Shown here: in pieces, positions 22,926 through 33,659 of the stretch
Layout: every line of letters starts with the position of its first letter
Position numbering within the stretch: position 1 is the stretch's first letter
Assembly: GCA_977018835.1 (NCBI GenBank)
Contig: OZ361259.1
Coordinates: 1,178,001-1,242,000 of the forward strand
From: Minutocellus sp. GHC0000111
Taxonomy: Eukaryota
DNA: 64,000 nucleotides
Reading direction: 5' to 3'
Notes under the pieces: model-generated
Seen by the model: only the letters and a program-made list of their open reading frames with translations
What the model was told of the DNA's origin: nothing
Database searches by the model: none
Program-made: the position numbers and the translations under genes

Positions 22926-23755
22926 TTACTCATAGCGCCGTTCAGGTCCACTTCTGAATCCTCTAAACTGCTCGTAGTAACCATATTCTCGACTCGAATG
23001 ACGAGTCGAGAATCCGTCACTATCAGAGCACCTACCAGTCTCAAAATGATTCTTTGCCTCCTCAGCGACCCTAGCTGCCTCTACCCTCGAGCCTCGAACA
23101 AAATGCAATCGTGACCTCTTGTGCAGGGAGAGACCTCGGGCAATGGCACCGGCAAGCGCTCGACGATACAGGTGTAGGGTGACAGAATAAGCTCCACCCT
23201 TGACCTCAGTCTCGAAAATGGGCGAATTGTATACCGCATCACCCCGAGCTACCGCCATTCGAGCACAGACTTTCAGCACCTCTTGAAAGTCTTCGTTGGT
23301 CTCACCGTACGCTCCGATGACGAATGGAATGACGCCTCCCCTGCAGAAGGTATTGTAGGCGTTCTGGAATGGACCAGAAATGCCATCATTGCCGTTCCCC
23401 ACTACATTTGGAGCGAAGATCTGATCAATCCTCTTGACCTTTCGAACATACTCCGACCTGATACCAGTAGCACGAGACTCCACCGCCTTCGTTCGAGCGA
23501 GGTTGTAGCGAGTAGGACAGGCCGCAATAGTTTTCATCTCGAAGATGGCAGGGGCGGTGCTACAATTTCTGCCAGCTCGACGAGGACGATCAGAGCTTGG
23601 ATAGTTGTAGGCGATGATATCTGGCACCATGCATTGCCGCCTATCCGATCCACTGCGTTTGTCCCCGCGTTCTCGATTGATTGCAGTGGAATATTGATCG
23701 ATGTAAGGCGAAGGGACCTTTCCATGAAACATGTTCCGACGACGAATCCACGTAC
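22926..23755 (-). mobile_element. 3' fragment of an RLE-type non-LTR retrotransposon (restriction-like endonuclease domain only)
   Basis: MVPDII...IFEMK (PD-(D/E)xK), then EYVRKVK...GPF...VIPFVIGAYGETN, typical of CRE/R2-group C-terminal endonucleases. No RT upstream. Confidence 0.6.
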
Positions 23756-26204
23756 CACAGCCCCATCTCGTCTTGTTTCGCCGGTCGGATGAAGCGTTTT
23801 TCGGCAGAAGACGAACACGTCACGAAGAAACCCACCAAAACCCAATCTCGTTCGTCACCCATTCTTTGACCGTCCAACACCATGGTGGTCCGTCGGCGTT
23901 GCGCCGGCGTATAACTATATTTTCGTACCAAATACGCATTCATTATCATGTTTGGATATAGTTGAAGCTTACTGTATCCTCAGATTGGCCTCCGCTGCGT
24001 ATCAACGCCACGAACCATCGGCCTACTTTTCCTCCATCTGTCGGCCGTTCGTTTCTCTGGCTGGGGTGGTGCCATTGCTCCGTCTTTGTGCTCGTCGTGC
24101 TCCCGTTGTGATGCCCCAGACCCTCTGGTACTTTCCCACGTTGTTGTTGATGATAAACTGCCGGGATTGCGCCGCACCCCCCGTATGACCGACTCTCGCT
24201 GATCCCGACCGATCGCATCCCCACTCGACCTCCCGGAATTCCGACAATAATTTTGCGCCCGAGAGGAGACAGATAGCATTGGGATAAGTTTATGCAACAA
24301 TCAACCCGACAAAGGGACTTTTTGGTCTGGGAGATAAATGGGTGAGTTAAGAAGGACGTGATGTGTTTGTTTGGGTGTACTATTTACTTTTTTGCTCAAT
24401 CGCGATGCTGTTTGTAAAAGTTGGATTGTGCAACTCATTTGTTGTTGTGCAGCAGCAGTGTAATTTCATTTTCTAATTTTACACATGCCCTGCTCCCATC
24501 TCTACATCCTCATCTCCATCGGTGGCCATCATGATCATTTGTTGGCGCTTGTCATCAGTTTCTGCTTTAACAGCTTCGGTCCTTGTCCTTTTCCTTGTTC
24601 TTGCCACCCGAGAGTTTCGCTCCCGCCTCTCCTCGACCTTTGGATTGGATGCCCTCTCCTCAGCCTTGAACTGCGCCGTCTGTTGGGCCTCATATCCCTT
24701 GACGCCCTGAGTCCGACGATCTTCCTTAACGCCCTCTTGGTGGGCTCGCTCTACAAACGATTCGTCGAGCCAATAGATGCCGCCCCATCCATTCTTCACT
24801 AGCCAAATGTGTTGGTCCAAGATGTGATCTTCGAGTAAGTGCAACTTGGGCGTTGTGCTAATGCCGATTGCCCGTGCTTGCTTGAGGGCACTTGCAATCA
24901 ATGCTTCAAGCTCTCTCACAGCCTTCTTTGCCTCATCATCCCATTTCATGTGCCATTTCAGAAACCTGGAATATGTTGCGTCAAGAGTGTGGAGCAAATT
25001 AGAGCAAGCTTTGCAGAGCTCTTTGATGTCGTCATCCGTCATGCCATCTTCCTCGCGATTGTGCTCTAGGAGAGTTCCTTTGGTGGAGGTGTTATGGTGG
25101 ATGAACTCTATTGTCCTTGGTTTCTTCTTGTTGTTGCCATCAGAAATATTAATAGATAAAGCTCTCCAGCATTCTGCCAGCACTGCCCTTATTTTACCTG
25201 AGTCGGCCGCCTCAATGCCGGCCTTTTTCAGGAAGTGGAAGTGAGGGGCATCGTCATCCTCGGCATCATCGACAGCTCCCATCTCTGGCTCGCCATCACC
25301 GTGCTTCTGACGATTCTTCTCAAAGCACTGCTGCATGCATGCTTCATGTGTAGCGTCCTCTCTTGCAATATCAGCTTCGTCCTCATGACAGGGCACATAG
25401 TCCTCGTCTTCGTCGTCATCGTCCTCACTGATCTCGCCGGCCTCCGTCGTGGTCAGGGTGCCCACCGTCCCAACATCGTCGTCATTGTCCCACCCATCGT
25501 CCTGGCCATTATGCCCACCAAGGAACTTCTGGGCCTCGAGCAACATCTGCCTGTTGATTTCGTAGTCCATCGCCGCATATCCCACCAACACATGTGGTGC
25601 GACCGACTTGAGGAATGCATCACATGCCTTCGTCAAATTGAGCCGCGGCGGCGGTGTTTCGAGGCGAAATTGTTGCTCGACCGTGACCATGTCGAAAGCC
25701 ATCCATCCATCATCATGGAGAGCGTCGGCTGCACGAGGATTGATAGAACCGAGGCGATAAAATATGCTCTTTTTGTATGGGGTTCGCTGAACGTCGTCGG
25801 CAAGGCAGTGTCTTGGTGCCACTTCATCCCATCCATTCTGGTTGTCTGTCCTCACAAAAAACACATCGCAGTCTTCGTGTTTCTTCTTCTTCAAGCCCAA
25901 GATGCCCGCAGTGTACATGACGGCGCCGTACATGATGGGACTGCATCCCAACACATTCATCAAGGAGTCGTTGTTGCCGATGAAATTGTAGCAATGAAGT
26001 TCCTTTCCGCGAAGACGGACGAGCAGTTCAGCCAGGGCGTCCTGCACCGCAACTCTGTCTGCGGTGTTGACCGCGGGATTGCGGCCGTTATTTTTTTTGC
26101 TCATGGAGAATTATGGATCGAGACCAACGGGAATATCACCAGGATGTCGGGAGCACCTGGTTGGTCTCGTGCCGTAATTCTCCCACACCAGCGATGGTGC
26201 TGTG
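23756..26204 (-). mobile_element. Putative internally deleted DNA transposon (RAG1/Transib/Chapaev-like) with short CACAG termini
   Basis: CACAGCCCCATC at 23756 and GATGGTGCTGTG ending at 26204 form an 11/12 inverted match around the transposase ORF. No TSD found. Confidence 0.4.
24479..26104 (-). CDS. Transposase relic with RAG1/Transib/Chapaev-type C-terminal catalytic region
   Basis: TTPKLHLLEDHILDQ...GGIYWLDESFVERAHQ resembles the HxxxxH...G...E motif carrying the third (Glu) DDE residue. The upstream Asp-bearing core appears missing. Confidence 0.6.
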   Translation of the reverse strand: MSKKNNGRNPAVNTADRVAVQDALAELLVRLRGKELHCYNFIGNNDSLMNVLGCSPIMYGAVMYTAGILGLKKKKHEDCDVFFVRTDNQNGWDEVAPRHCLADDVQRTPYKKSIFYRLGSINPRAADALHDDGWMAFDMVTVEQQFRLETPPPRLNLTKACDAFLKSVAPHVLVGYAAMDYEINRQMLLEAQKFLGGHNGQDDGWDNDDDVGTVGTLTTTEAGEISEDDDDEDEDYVPCHEDEADIAREDATHEACMQQCFEKNRQKHGDGEPEMGAVDDAEDDDAPHFHFLKKAGIEAADSGKIRAVLAECWRALSINISDGNNKKKPRTIEFIHHNTSTKGTLLEHNREEDGMTDDDIKELCKACSNLLHTLDATYSRFLKWHMKWDDEAKKAVRELEALIASALKQARAIGISTTPKLHLLEDHILDQHIWLVKNGWGGIYWLDESFVERAHQEGVKEDRRTQGVKGYEAQQTAQFKAEERASNPKVEERRERNSRVARTRKRTRTEAVKAETDDKRQQMIMMATDGDEDVEMGAGHV

Positions 26205-26349
26205 GCACACACATGTAGAGCTCTTTTCCGCAAATACCAAAACATCAAGAGGTTCCTTGTACTTTATCGCGAATCTTGCTGATGCGCATGGCTCTTTTAT
26301 CTCTTGGAGAGGGCACATGCTCCTCGCCTGCCTCGTCAAGTTCCAGTAA

Positions 26350-27885
26350 ATGCTACCACTTGCGATCATGATTGCCCGTTTGTCCATTATTGTTGCCCTT
26401 TACCTAGTGACCGCCCGTGCTGAAGCCGTCGCCGAAGATGTGTCGCCTCTCAACGCAACCGATTGCGAAGGCGTGTCTTTCGAGGGTGACGTCGATTGTA
26501 GCATGGAACTTCCCAACGAGCCCATGGCCAACGGCACCGAGTGCAATGAAACCTCATTCAACGCTCTGGTCGACTGTGACATGATTGGTTCGGTGGAGGA
26601 CGCAGGCGGCGAAGAAGCCGGCGTCGAAATGAATGTGGGGACTACTCCCGACCTCGAAAGTTCGGACGAGGACCTTCTCCAGCAAACTACCGCCTTTGAG
26701 CTGTTCTTTCGCCCTCCTTGGGCAGGTGCCCTTTCGCGAACGCTCATGGGGTGGAATTCGGGCATGCCAACGCAGCTGACATCGCATGTTCCGGGCGATA
26801 CGTCATCGACGTACGATGCTAACTTATCCGATCTGTGCAAGGATGAGATCGGTGGGGAATACCTCACAAGCGGCAATGTCGGGTACTGCTATGTCGAAGA
26901 CGAATGGACGCAGTTGGTCAGTGGTGTGCCTGGAATATCGGCATCCTTCCCTTCCATGGAATCGACATGCCTCGAGCTCGGCGGTCACCCCATCGGTAGC
27001 AACAAGCAGTACTGTGCTCTCAAGGGGGCGTGGACACAGCTCTACGAACGCGTCCCCGGCGCATCTTCATGGACAAGTGGACTCGACAGCATCTGCGATG
27101 CGATCGGCGGAACGAGATTCAGTGGTGTCAACAGCAACTTTTGCTTCGTGAAGGGGCACTATTCTCAGTTTTCAACGAGGATGGCGGGCGATTCGTCGTG
27201 GACATCCTCGTTCCCTCGATACCTCTGTGATGACATGAATGGGTATTCGTTTGGCACGATGTGCATCGTGGAAGGCCTTTGGGCGCAGCTTACCACGAAG
27301 CTCCCGTTCGAGACGAGATGGACAACCTACTTCCCCTCGACTGTTTGTGACGACTTGGGAGGAAATGTATTTGCAGAACGATTCTGTGCAGTGGAGGGGC
27401 CTCATACGCAGCTCAGTACCAAGATGGTTGGAGATACACAGTGGCAAACTTACTTCCCCAGCTCGGTTTGTTCTGATCTCGGAGGCTCTGTATTCACTGA
27501 TAGGTATTGTGCTGTGAGTGGCCAGTTTGCTCAACTCAGCACGCGGCTTCCTGACGATAGTCGGTGGCCTACCTATTTTCCCTCTTCGACTTGCGATGAT
27601 TTTGCTGGGAAGACCTTTGCTGATAGATACTGTGCTGCCAAGGGCCCAGTAAGCCAGCTGACGACCAGATATCCTGGAGCCACCAGTTGGACAACTTATT
27701 TTCCACGGTCTGTATGTGACAAGTTTCAGGGATCCACATTCGCCGACAGGTACTGCGGTGCAAAAGGTACAAGCCCATCTCCATCTCCTTCTCCAACTTC
27801 AAGCGCGCCATTTGCGTTCGGAATGAGGTCGTCCTTTGTTGCACTCACTCTCATCGTCGCATCAAGTTCGATCTTCTTCTTGTAA
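26350..27885 (+). CDS. Secreted, membrane/GPI-anchored protein with eight ~41-aa Cys/Trp repeats
   Basis: Signal peptide; consensus xQLsTrxPGdtxWtTYFPsxvCddlgGxxFadRYCavkG; SPSPSP linker and hydrophobic tail. Confidence 0.85.
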   Translation: MLPLAIMIARLSIIVALYLVTARAEAVAEDVSPLNATDCEGVSFEGDVDCSMELPNEPMANGTECNETSFNALVDCDMIGSVEDAGGEEAGVEMNVGTTPDLESSDEDLLQQTTAFELFFRPPWAGALSRTLMGWNSGMPTQLTSHVPGDTSSTYDANLSDLCKDEIGGEYLTSGNVGYCYVEDEWTQLVSGVPGISASFPSMESTCLELGGHPIGSNKQYCALKGAWTQLYERVPGASSWTSGLDSICDAIGGTRFSGVNSNFCFVKGHYSQFSTRMAGDSSWTSSFPRYLCDDMNGYSFGTMCIVEGLWAQLTTKLPFETRWTTYFPSTVCDDLGGNVFAERFCAVEGPHTQLSTKMVGDTQWQTYFPSSVCSDLGGSVFTDRYCAVSGQFAQLSTRLPDDSRWPTYFPSSTCDDFAGKTFADRYCAAKGPVSQLTTRYPGATSWTTYFPRSVCDKFQGSTFADRYCGAKGTSPSPSPSPTSSAPFAFGMRSSFVALTLIVASSSIFFL

Positions 27886-28033
27886 ATGTTGAAGGCGATC
27901 ATACAACACACTATATCCATGACGCGCCACGACAATTTGGCTTTATCCCCGCGCTCCGTGTCTACCCACGCCAATAAGTTCTCTTTGTAGTACATTAAAA
28001 ATCTAACATAGTTAGCGATGATCTAATTATTCA

Positions 28034-28675
28034 TTATTCATATGAATGAAAAATGTGGGACGTTGCAACAATAATAGCAGGAACTCCCATGACAAAAGCC
28101 AAATGCACAGTATTGCCAGCGCCGGCGGAGGTTGTGGCGTCACTCGTGGACATGCAACTTGGCTCCCATTCCTCTTCACTGTATTGATCCAAATCATAGC
28201 ACTCGGGTTCGTCCTCCGGGCATGATTGAACATCCTCGCTTACATCCTCAGTAACACCATTGGTACAGAGAACGGTGGTCGTCACGATCTCGCTTGGTTG
28301 CTCTCCATCGGTAGCCTCGTAATTGTGACGGCAGAATGCCGCGGTGGTAAAAGTATCTCCATCGGCTACAGTGACTACGTTGCCTCTCATGTCGCCGACC
28401 TCACAGCTTGTGGGGTCGGATGTCACAGTCTCGTTAGGATCCCCACCTTCACTTGATGCCGCATCATCGTCGCAACCAAATTGCAGCGGGCACGACTCTA
28501 GGAACAAGATGTTGGTGCAACCGCTCGCTTCGAGATCTTGGCATGCTTGGAGGTTCTCCTCGTTCATGCAGGCTTCATCAGTTGCTGCGACTCTGGCGCA
28601 GACGCTCTGCGCATCCGACTGAAATGCGAAAGACAGCAGGGCCGCGAGAAGAAGCAGAGTGGACACAATCTTCAT
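28034..28675 (-). CDS. Small secreted acidic Cys-rich protein with hydrophobic C-terminus (possible GPI)
   Basis: MKIVSTLLLLAALLSFAFQSDA signal, multiple Cys, tail LAFVMGVPAIIVA. Confidence 0.7.
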   Translation of the reverse strand: MKIVSTLLLLAALLSFAFQSDAQSVCARVAATDEACMNEENLQACQDLEASGCTNILFLESCPLQFGCDDDAASSEGGDPNETVTSDPTSCEVGDMRGNVVTVADGDTFTTAAFCRHNYEATDGEQPSEIVTTTVLCTNGVTEDVSEDVQSCPEDEPECYDLDQYSEEEWEPSCMSTSDATTSAGAGNTVHLAFVMGVPAIIVATSHIFHSYE

Positions 28676-28985
28676 AATGGTATTAATATATAGAGTTGTG
28701 CAGGATTTTGAGGCAGTAATGCGGTGCTCATTATGGATGGATGCCATACCTTTCCATCTTCGGCTTCAACTCGGCCTGGCAGTAGATATTGGGTATGCTG
28801 AAATATAGTTCTGATTACTGATAAAGGCTAACTTATAACAAAACATTTCAGCACAAATAAATGTTCACGTGATACATTTTGAATATATCTAATAGACGGG
28901 GGGCTTTTCCCTCCTCGCTCCTCGCTACCGCCACCCATGCACTTGGCCAACTTACTCTGACTATCGGCACATACCACAATGAACA

Positions 28986-30473
28986 ATGGCTACGTCCACG
29001 GAGGAACCACCGTCCGACCCAAGTCTATTGGAAATGGCTTCCAACATGACCGTTGCTTGCATCGCTGTATTTCTTCTGGCAGACCTGCGGAAGCTGGCCA
29101 AGAAGCGCGTCCTGCTGGTCGACGAAGAAGCCGGCATCGACGACAACGACCTCATGCTCCGCCTGCCGTTCAAGGCGGGAGATTCCATTGCCGATATCTG
29201 GAGTCGCAACCAGCAGATCATCAAGCGCAAGATGCGAGCAGATCAATACAAAACATTGGCATATTTTGTCGAGCGTCTGGCCGAGGAACGTGATGCGTAT
29301 CCCGAGCTGTGGGAGACGCAGTGCGAATATGTGGGAGATGAGAAGGCATCGAACGAATGTGTCTATTCCATCCACACCAATGCAGTTCGAAAACGCATCG
29401 TTGTGGTATTTCGGGGATCCATAACACTCAAGGATTGGTTTCAGGATTCCAAGAGTGCATTCAGCGAGATCAAGAATCCACTGTATGGCATCGACCTCTC
29501 GTCGGGGGGAAGCAAGAGCGATGAAGGCATGGATGACATGGGGCAGCCAGAGATGTTACCGCTGCATTTGGGATTTCTTGAATATTTGTATGGGTCCAAA
29601 TTTCCACTTTGCGTCCCGTTCAAGGACATATCATCGCACTTGTCCAGTTTTCCTGACACTGTGAGAGATATCGAGCTTCCAGATGTGTCGGAATTGCTTC
29701 CATCTCCTCCGACAATTCCAGTACCGGTAACTTTGCCGTTTGCCAAGAGCGGTGCCGGAGATACAATACCGGGTGGTACCAAAGAAGACAATGCGCGTGC
29801 TGAAGATGGAAACAATTGCAGAAACAAGCCCACAAAAGAGCTCACTCAAGTTGCGCAAGCCAAGGATGAGGAGCAAACCCAAAAGAAATCGAAGATGGCA
29901 ACAATTCTTGATCAAATCAGTGTGATATACGAAACAAAGCCTGATTATGAGCTCTACGTTACAGGTCATAGCCTCGGCGGTGCGTTAGCTTTGATCACAG
30001 CACTTGAGGCAGCGGCTCGTTTTACGGTTCACGGGGGAAAGAAGCCGGTCACTTGTGTCACGGTTGGTAATCCAAAGGCGGGAGGGCGCACATTCCGTCA
30101 AGCTGTGCGGTCGCTAGAGAAGCGAGGGCACTTGCGTGTATTGGGAATTCATAGAATGGACGATTTGGTACCGCTATTACCAGGCACAATCTGCACTTGC
30201 TCGGTGCTGAACTCGTTCTGCCACGTCGGCATACAGCTCAAGCTCAAGAGGGGTGATCGGTACACATCAAGATACGGGGATCATGAAAAGGATTCCTTTT
30301 GGGTTAGTGCGCGGGAAAAGTGGCGACATCTTCGACTGATTCTGCCCTCAATGCACAAGATCAAAGACCGCCATTTCTACAAGACCTATCTCGATGGTTT
30401 GCAAACAAGAAAGGCTTCTCTCGGAGCAATAGCGCTGAATGATTTGTATGCAGATTTGAGTAGTTGTAATTAG
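28986..30473 (+). CDS. Class 3 lipase
   Basis: IVVVFRGS, LHLGF, VTGHSLGGALA, GNPKAG, DDLVPLLP, CHVG. Confidence 0.9.
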   Translation: MATSTEEPPSDPSLLEMASNMTVACIAVFLLADLRKLAKKRVLLVDEEAGIDDNDLMLRLPFKAGDSIADIWSRNQQIIKRKMRADQYKTLAYFVERLAEERDAYPELWETQCEYVGDEKASNECVYSIHTNAVRKRIVVVFRGSITLKDWFQDSKSAFSEIKNPLYGIDLSSGGSKSDEGMDDMGQPEMLPLHLGFLEYLYGSKFPLCVPFKDISSHLSSFPDTVRDIELPDVSELLPSPPTIPVPVTLPFAKSGAGDTIPGGTKEDNARAEDGNNCRNKPTKELTQVAQAKDEEQTQKKSKMATILDQISVIYETKPDYELYVTGHSLGGALALITALEAAARFTVHGGKKPVTCVTVGNPKAGGRTFRQAVRSLEKRGHLRVLGIHRMDDLVPLLPGTICTCSVLNSFCHVGIQLKLKRGDRYTSRYGDHEKDSFWVSAREKWRHLRLILPSMHKIKDRHFYKTYLDGLQTRKASLGAIALNDLYADLSSCN

Positions 30474-30575
30474 TGCAGAGTTGCAATGTCGTTATTTATG
30501 AATAAAAAAGATAGAAGGTGCCTTCTAGCCTAAGAATTCCAGGACTGAAGACTGAAAGCTCGAGGTGAAAACATC

Positions 30576-33019
30576 TCAGTTGTTTGCGGTTGCCTGCACA
30601 TGGTAGTGATTCGGACGCGCCCCGCCCCAATTGTAGTAAAATTGGTGGACCATTAGCAGACGATCAAAATTCTGATCCATCAGGAGCCGGTAAGGCGTTA
30701 CTCTTCGATTTTCAGTCCATATGAAACCGGGGTTGTACCGCCTATTCAGAACAGAGGAATGTGGGTACCACGCGTTATTGACAGCGTCCTGACGACGAGG
30801 TCGATAGTGAGCTTGATTCTCGTTACCCTGCACAAAGTTCAGAACAGGTTGATGATTGAGGTAATCCCGCACACGGGTCTTGAGGATGCGGAACTCTCTG
30901 CGAACGTCTGCCACAACGCTCTGAAAGGAAGACAAAGTGTACTCTGGCAAAGTACCGTTTGCGTTTCTACGTTCCGATTCAACCTTGACAAACACGGCGC
31001 GTGCCAACCTCTGGTGGTTATAGACATTGGCGGACGTAGACGAGACAAGAACCGATGCAGCGACGCTTTTCAATAGGCCCCTGGCGTTCATCACATGTAG
31101 GACAGCAGTAGAGAAGTCCTGCTGCTCGAGGAGCTCGAAGAAACGATCGTTGGTCTTGTTCAAATCGCATTCAGCTCTTGGAGGCTGGTGGGTTCCAATG
31201 ACTGATTCCATGTTGTAAAAGTATGGTCGCGCCTTTTCGAGCATCTTCTGCAAAGTTCTCTTCTCGCGGGAGCTTGTGCTGTTCTCGATAGCATTGGAGA
31301 GGAATGACAGGTTGAAGAAATCAGCACTCGACGACAGTATGGCTTCCTCTTTACCACAGTGAAGGCAGCTGCGAGCTTCTTTGGCGTGGCACTGGACGGG
31401 GCCTTGATGAGTTTGCCCATCGCATCGCGCATGAAGAAATAACTAAATCGCACCGCTTCGGAGGAAACATCTTGGCGTAAGAAGTCGAGGGCGAAGTTCT
31501 TCAGCGGCGAGTCGGCGACGGCAGCCTCGAGGGCTGTGAGGATAGGCTCGATGCTAGATTCTTCTTCGCTAGAGACTCGTCGTGCTTCTCCTGGGCCTTT
31601 TCGCGCTTCTCGTTCTCGCGTCTGCACAGCCAGATCCGAAGCTTCTCTTCCGCGTTCTCGAAAAGGCCGACAAACTCGCTGCATTCTTCCTCATAGGAAG
31701 TGCGCTCCTCGCTACCCTCCTCGCCATAACACTCGATCAGGAGCTGGTTGTAGGCATTCTGACTCGCCGTTCCCTCGTCGTGGGAAACGTAAATTCGATT
31801 GAGATCCTTGGCCTCAATGATAGGGCCGACCAGCTCACCACGTGGAGTCGTAAGGATATCTGCCGCCCTGGCAAAGTTGATCACACGACTCCATCTATGG
31901 ATGCAAATCTTGGACTTGTCTTCCCATTCACGCCACGGTTGGTTCCAGTACGTGAACTTGTGGCCGACATCCTTTCCACAGGTCTTGCAGAGAGCCAGGC
32001 CGTAGGGACGGACGCCGGCATTCACCCCTTCAGCACCGGAAAGTTGCGCCTTGAGGTCGTACTCCCAGCAATTGGCCCCACGCTCGCATCGCTTGGCACA
32101 GAGGAGTCGGAGGAGGCGGAGGGGACTTGGAACGTGGATGGAACGACAGCGGACCTCATTCATGATGACGCGCAAGGTCTTCTTCTCGTCGTTGTCGCTC
32201 CTGCTGGACAGGGCGTCACCACTAATGGCGGCTCGGACGATGATATCGGTCTGGTCGCGGGGAGGAGGAGATGTGAAAGTGGACAATGTATCGAGGAGGA
32301 GGATATGCAGCTAGTGAGATAAGATGAAGTAAGGAGAAACAGTATTATGATCGACCGCTCCCAACTCATCTATCCCCTGCACCACTCACCCTCTCCTCGA
32401 CAAAGGACAGCATGTACTTGGACTGGAACGAGAGATTGAACACCGACCGCAGTTCAAATACCAGCTGGATGGCCTCCTTGGGCAACGAACTGAACGGAGG
32501 ACAGCCCTCGGGCGGTGCCTCGTAGGGATAGTCGTCGTCGCCGTACCCTCGCTCCAACCGCAGCTTCTTCTGGGCTCGTTCGCGCACGCCGTCCTCCTCG
32601 TATTTGGCCAGCATCTTCTCGAACTGCCGATCGGTGAGGGCGGCCGTGTTGACGTAGCCGAGGGCGTCGGCAGCGGTCACGGCTGAATTGGAGTTGGAAT
32701 TGGAATTGCCGGCGCCAGCAGCAGAAGTCGAATTGCTTCCTTGGACGGCCAGCAGCGATTTCCTCTTGCGGAGAGAGTAACGAGAGGACGGAGCTGCAGT
32801 AGCTCCATTAGCTGCATTATCGACGTCCATCGCCTCCTCGCCGATCTGGTTGTTTGAATTCTCCGACGAGGCCTCGATATTGCTGCCGCCATTGCCTTCT
32901 TGATTTGCTCCAGCCGCCGCTACATTGCCGGCCTCGTCGCCGCCTCCTTCAGCCGCAGCCACCGCCATCACAGCGCCACCAGCAGCATCGGCCTGGTTCT
33001 CTTGAGCAGCCACGTTCAT
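30576..33019 (-). pseudogene. Inverted paralog of the F-box-like gene at 1497-4008; intron 32251-32389, frameshifts near 31558 and 31343, 4-aa deletion in the F-box
   Basis: Exon 1 is nearly identical to copy A. IHVPSPLRLLRLLCAKRCERG and VTPYRLLM are shared. FELRSVF replaces FELLPSVRSVF. Confidence 0.8.
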
Positions 33020-33659
33020 CGTTTGGTTGGGTCCCTTCTCTGTCGGGTTTGTTCTCTCCTCTTTTGGTTTATAGAGCAGCGAGCAGGACTGAAAAATGGA
33101 AGCCAACGACGGAAAAATCCAAACGGCGAAAAACTGAAAATTCGGAGCTGCAGAGCTGCAGAGCGAATTTCCGAAAATCGCAACATGATCATTATGGGAT
33201 GCAAACAATAGCGAAAGAAGCAAAGTCTGATAGTCAAACACCATATCACATCCTCATCCTGAAACAGTTGATTGCAGGCAAACCGTCGATTGGCACAGAG
33301 GAACGCTACTTTGGCTGCTGCTTCGCCAATTCCGCCTTGCCGCGTCATGGCATTGTCGCGTCATTTCTTTGCAGTTTCGAGCTCAAATCATGAGCCAATA
33401 TGACTCCAAATTTCATTTGCCAGTCCCGAAGAGCAAGCAATGCACCGGCAGCACAGCGGCGCTGCCACCAACGACCATCATCGTCATGGTTTCGTTGATT
33501 TGTGCTCTGGCGATGGCATCTTCTCATGCACTCTCCCTTATCAGGTCTTTCCATCGCATCAAAATCGGCAAGTCCATCGCTCCTTCTGACCTTCCTCTGG
33601 TACGCCACCGGCCAGTACCATCGGCGCCGTTCGTCTCCCCTTCTGATGTTGTTTTGACG

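Noticed and set aside
23641..24300. RAG2-like second gene or RSS nonamer within the transposon
   Set aside because: Only short ORFs with no Kelch or PHD signature are present, and there is no ACAAAAACC at 12/23 spacing.
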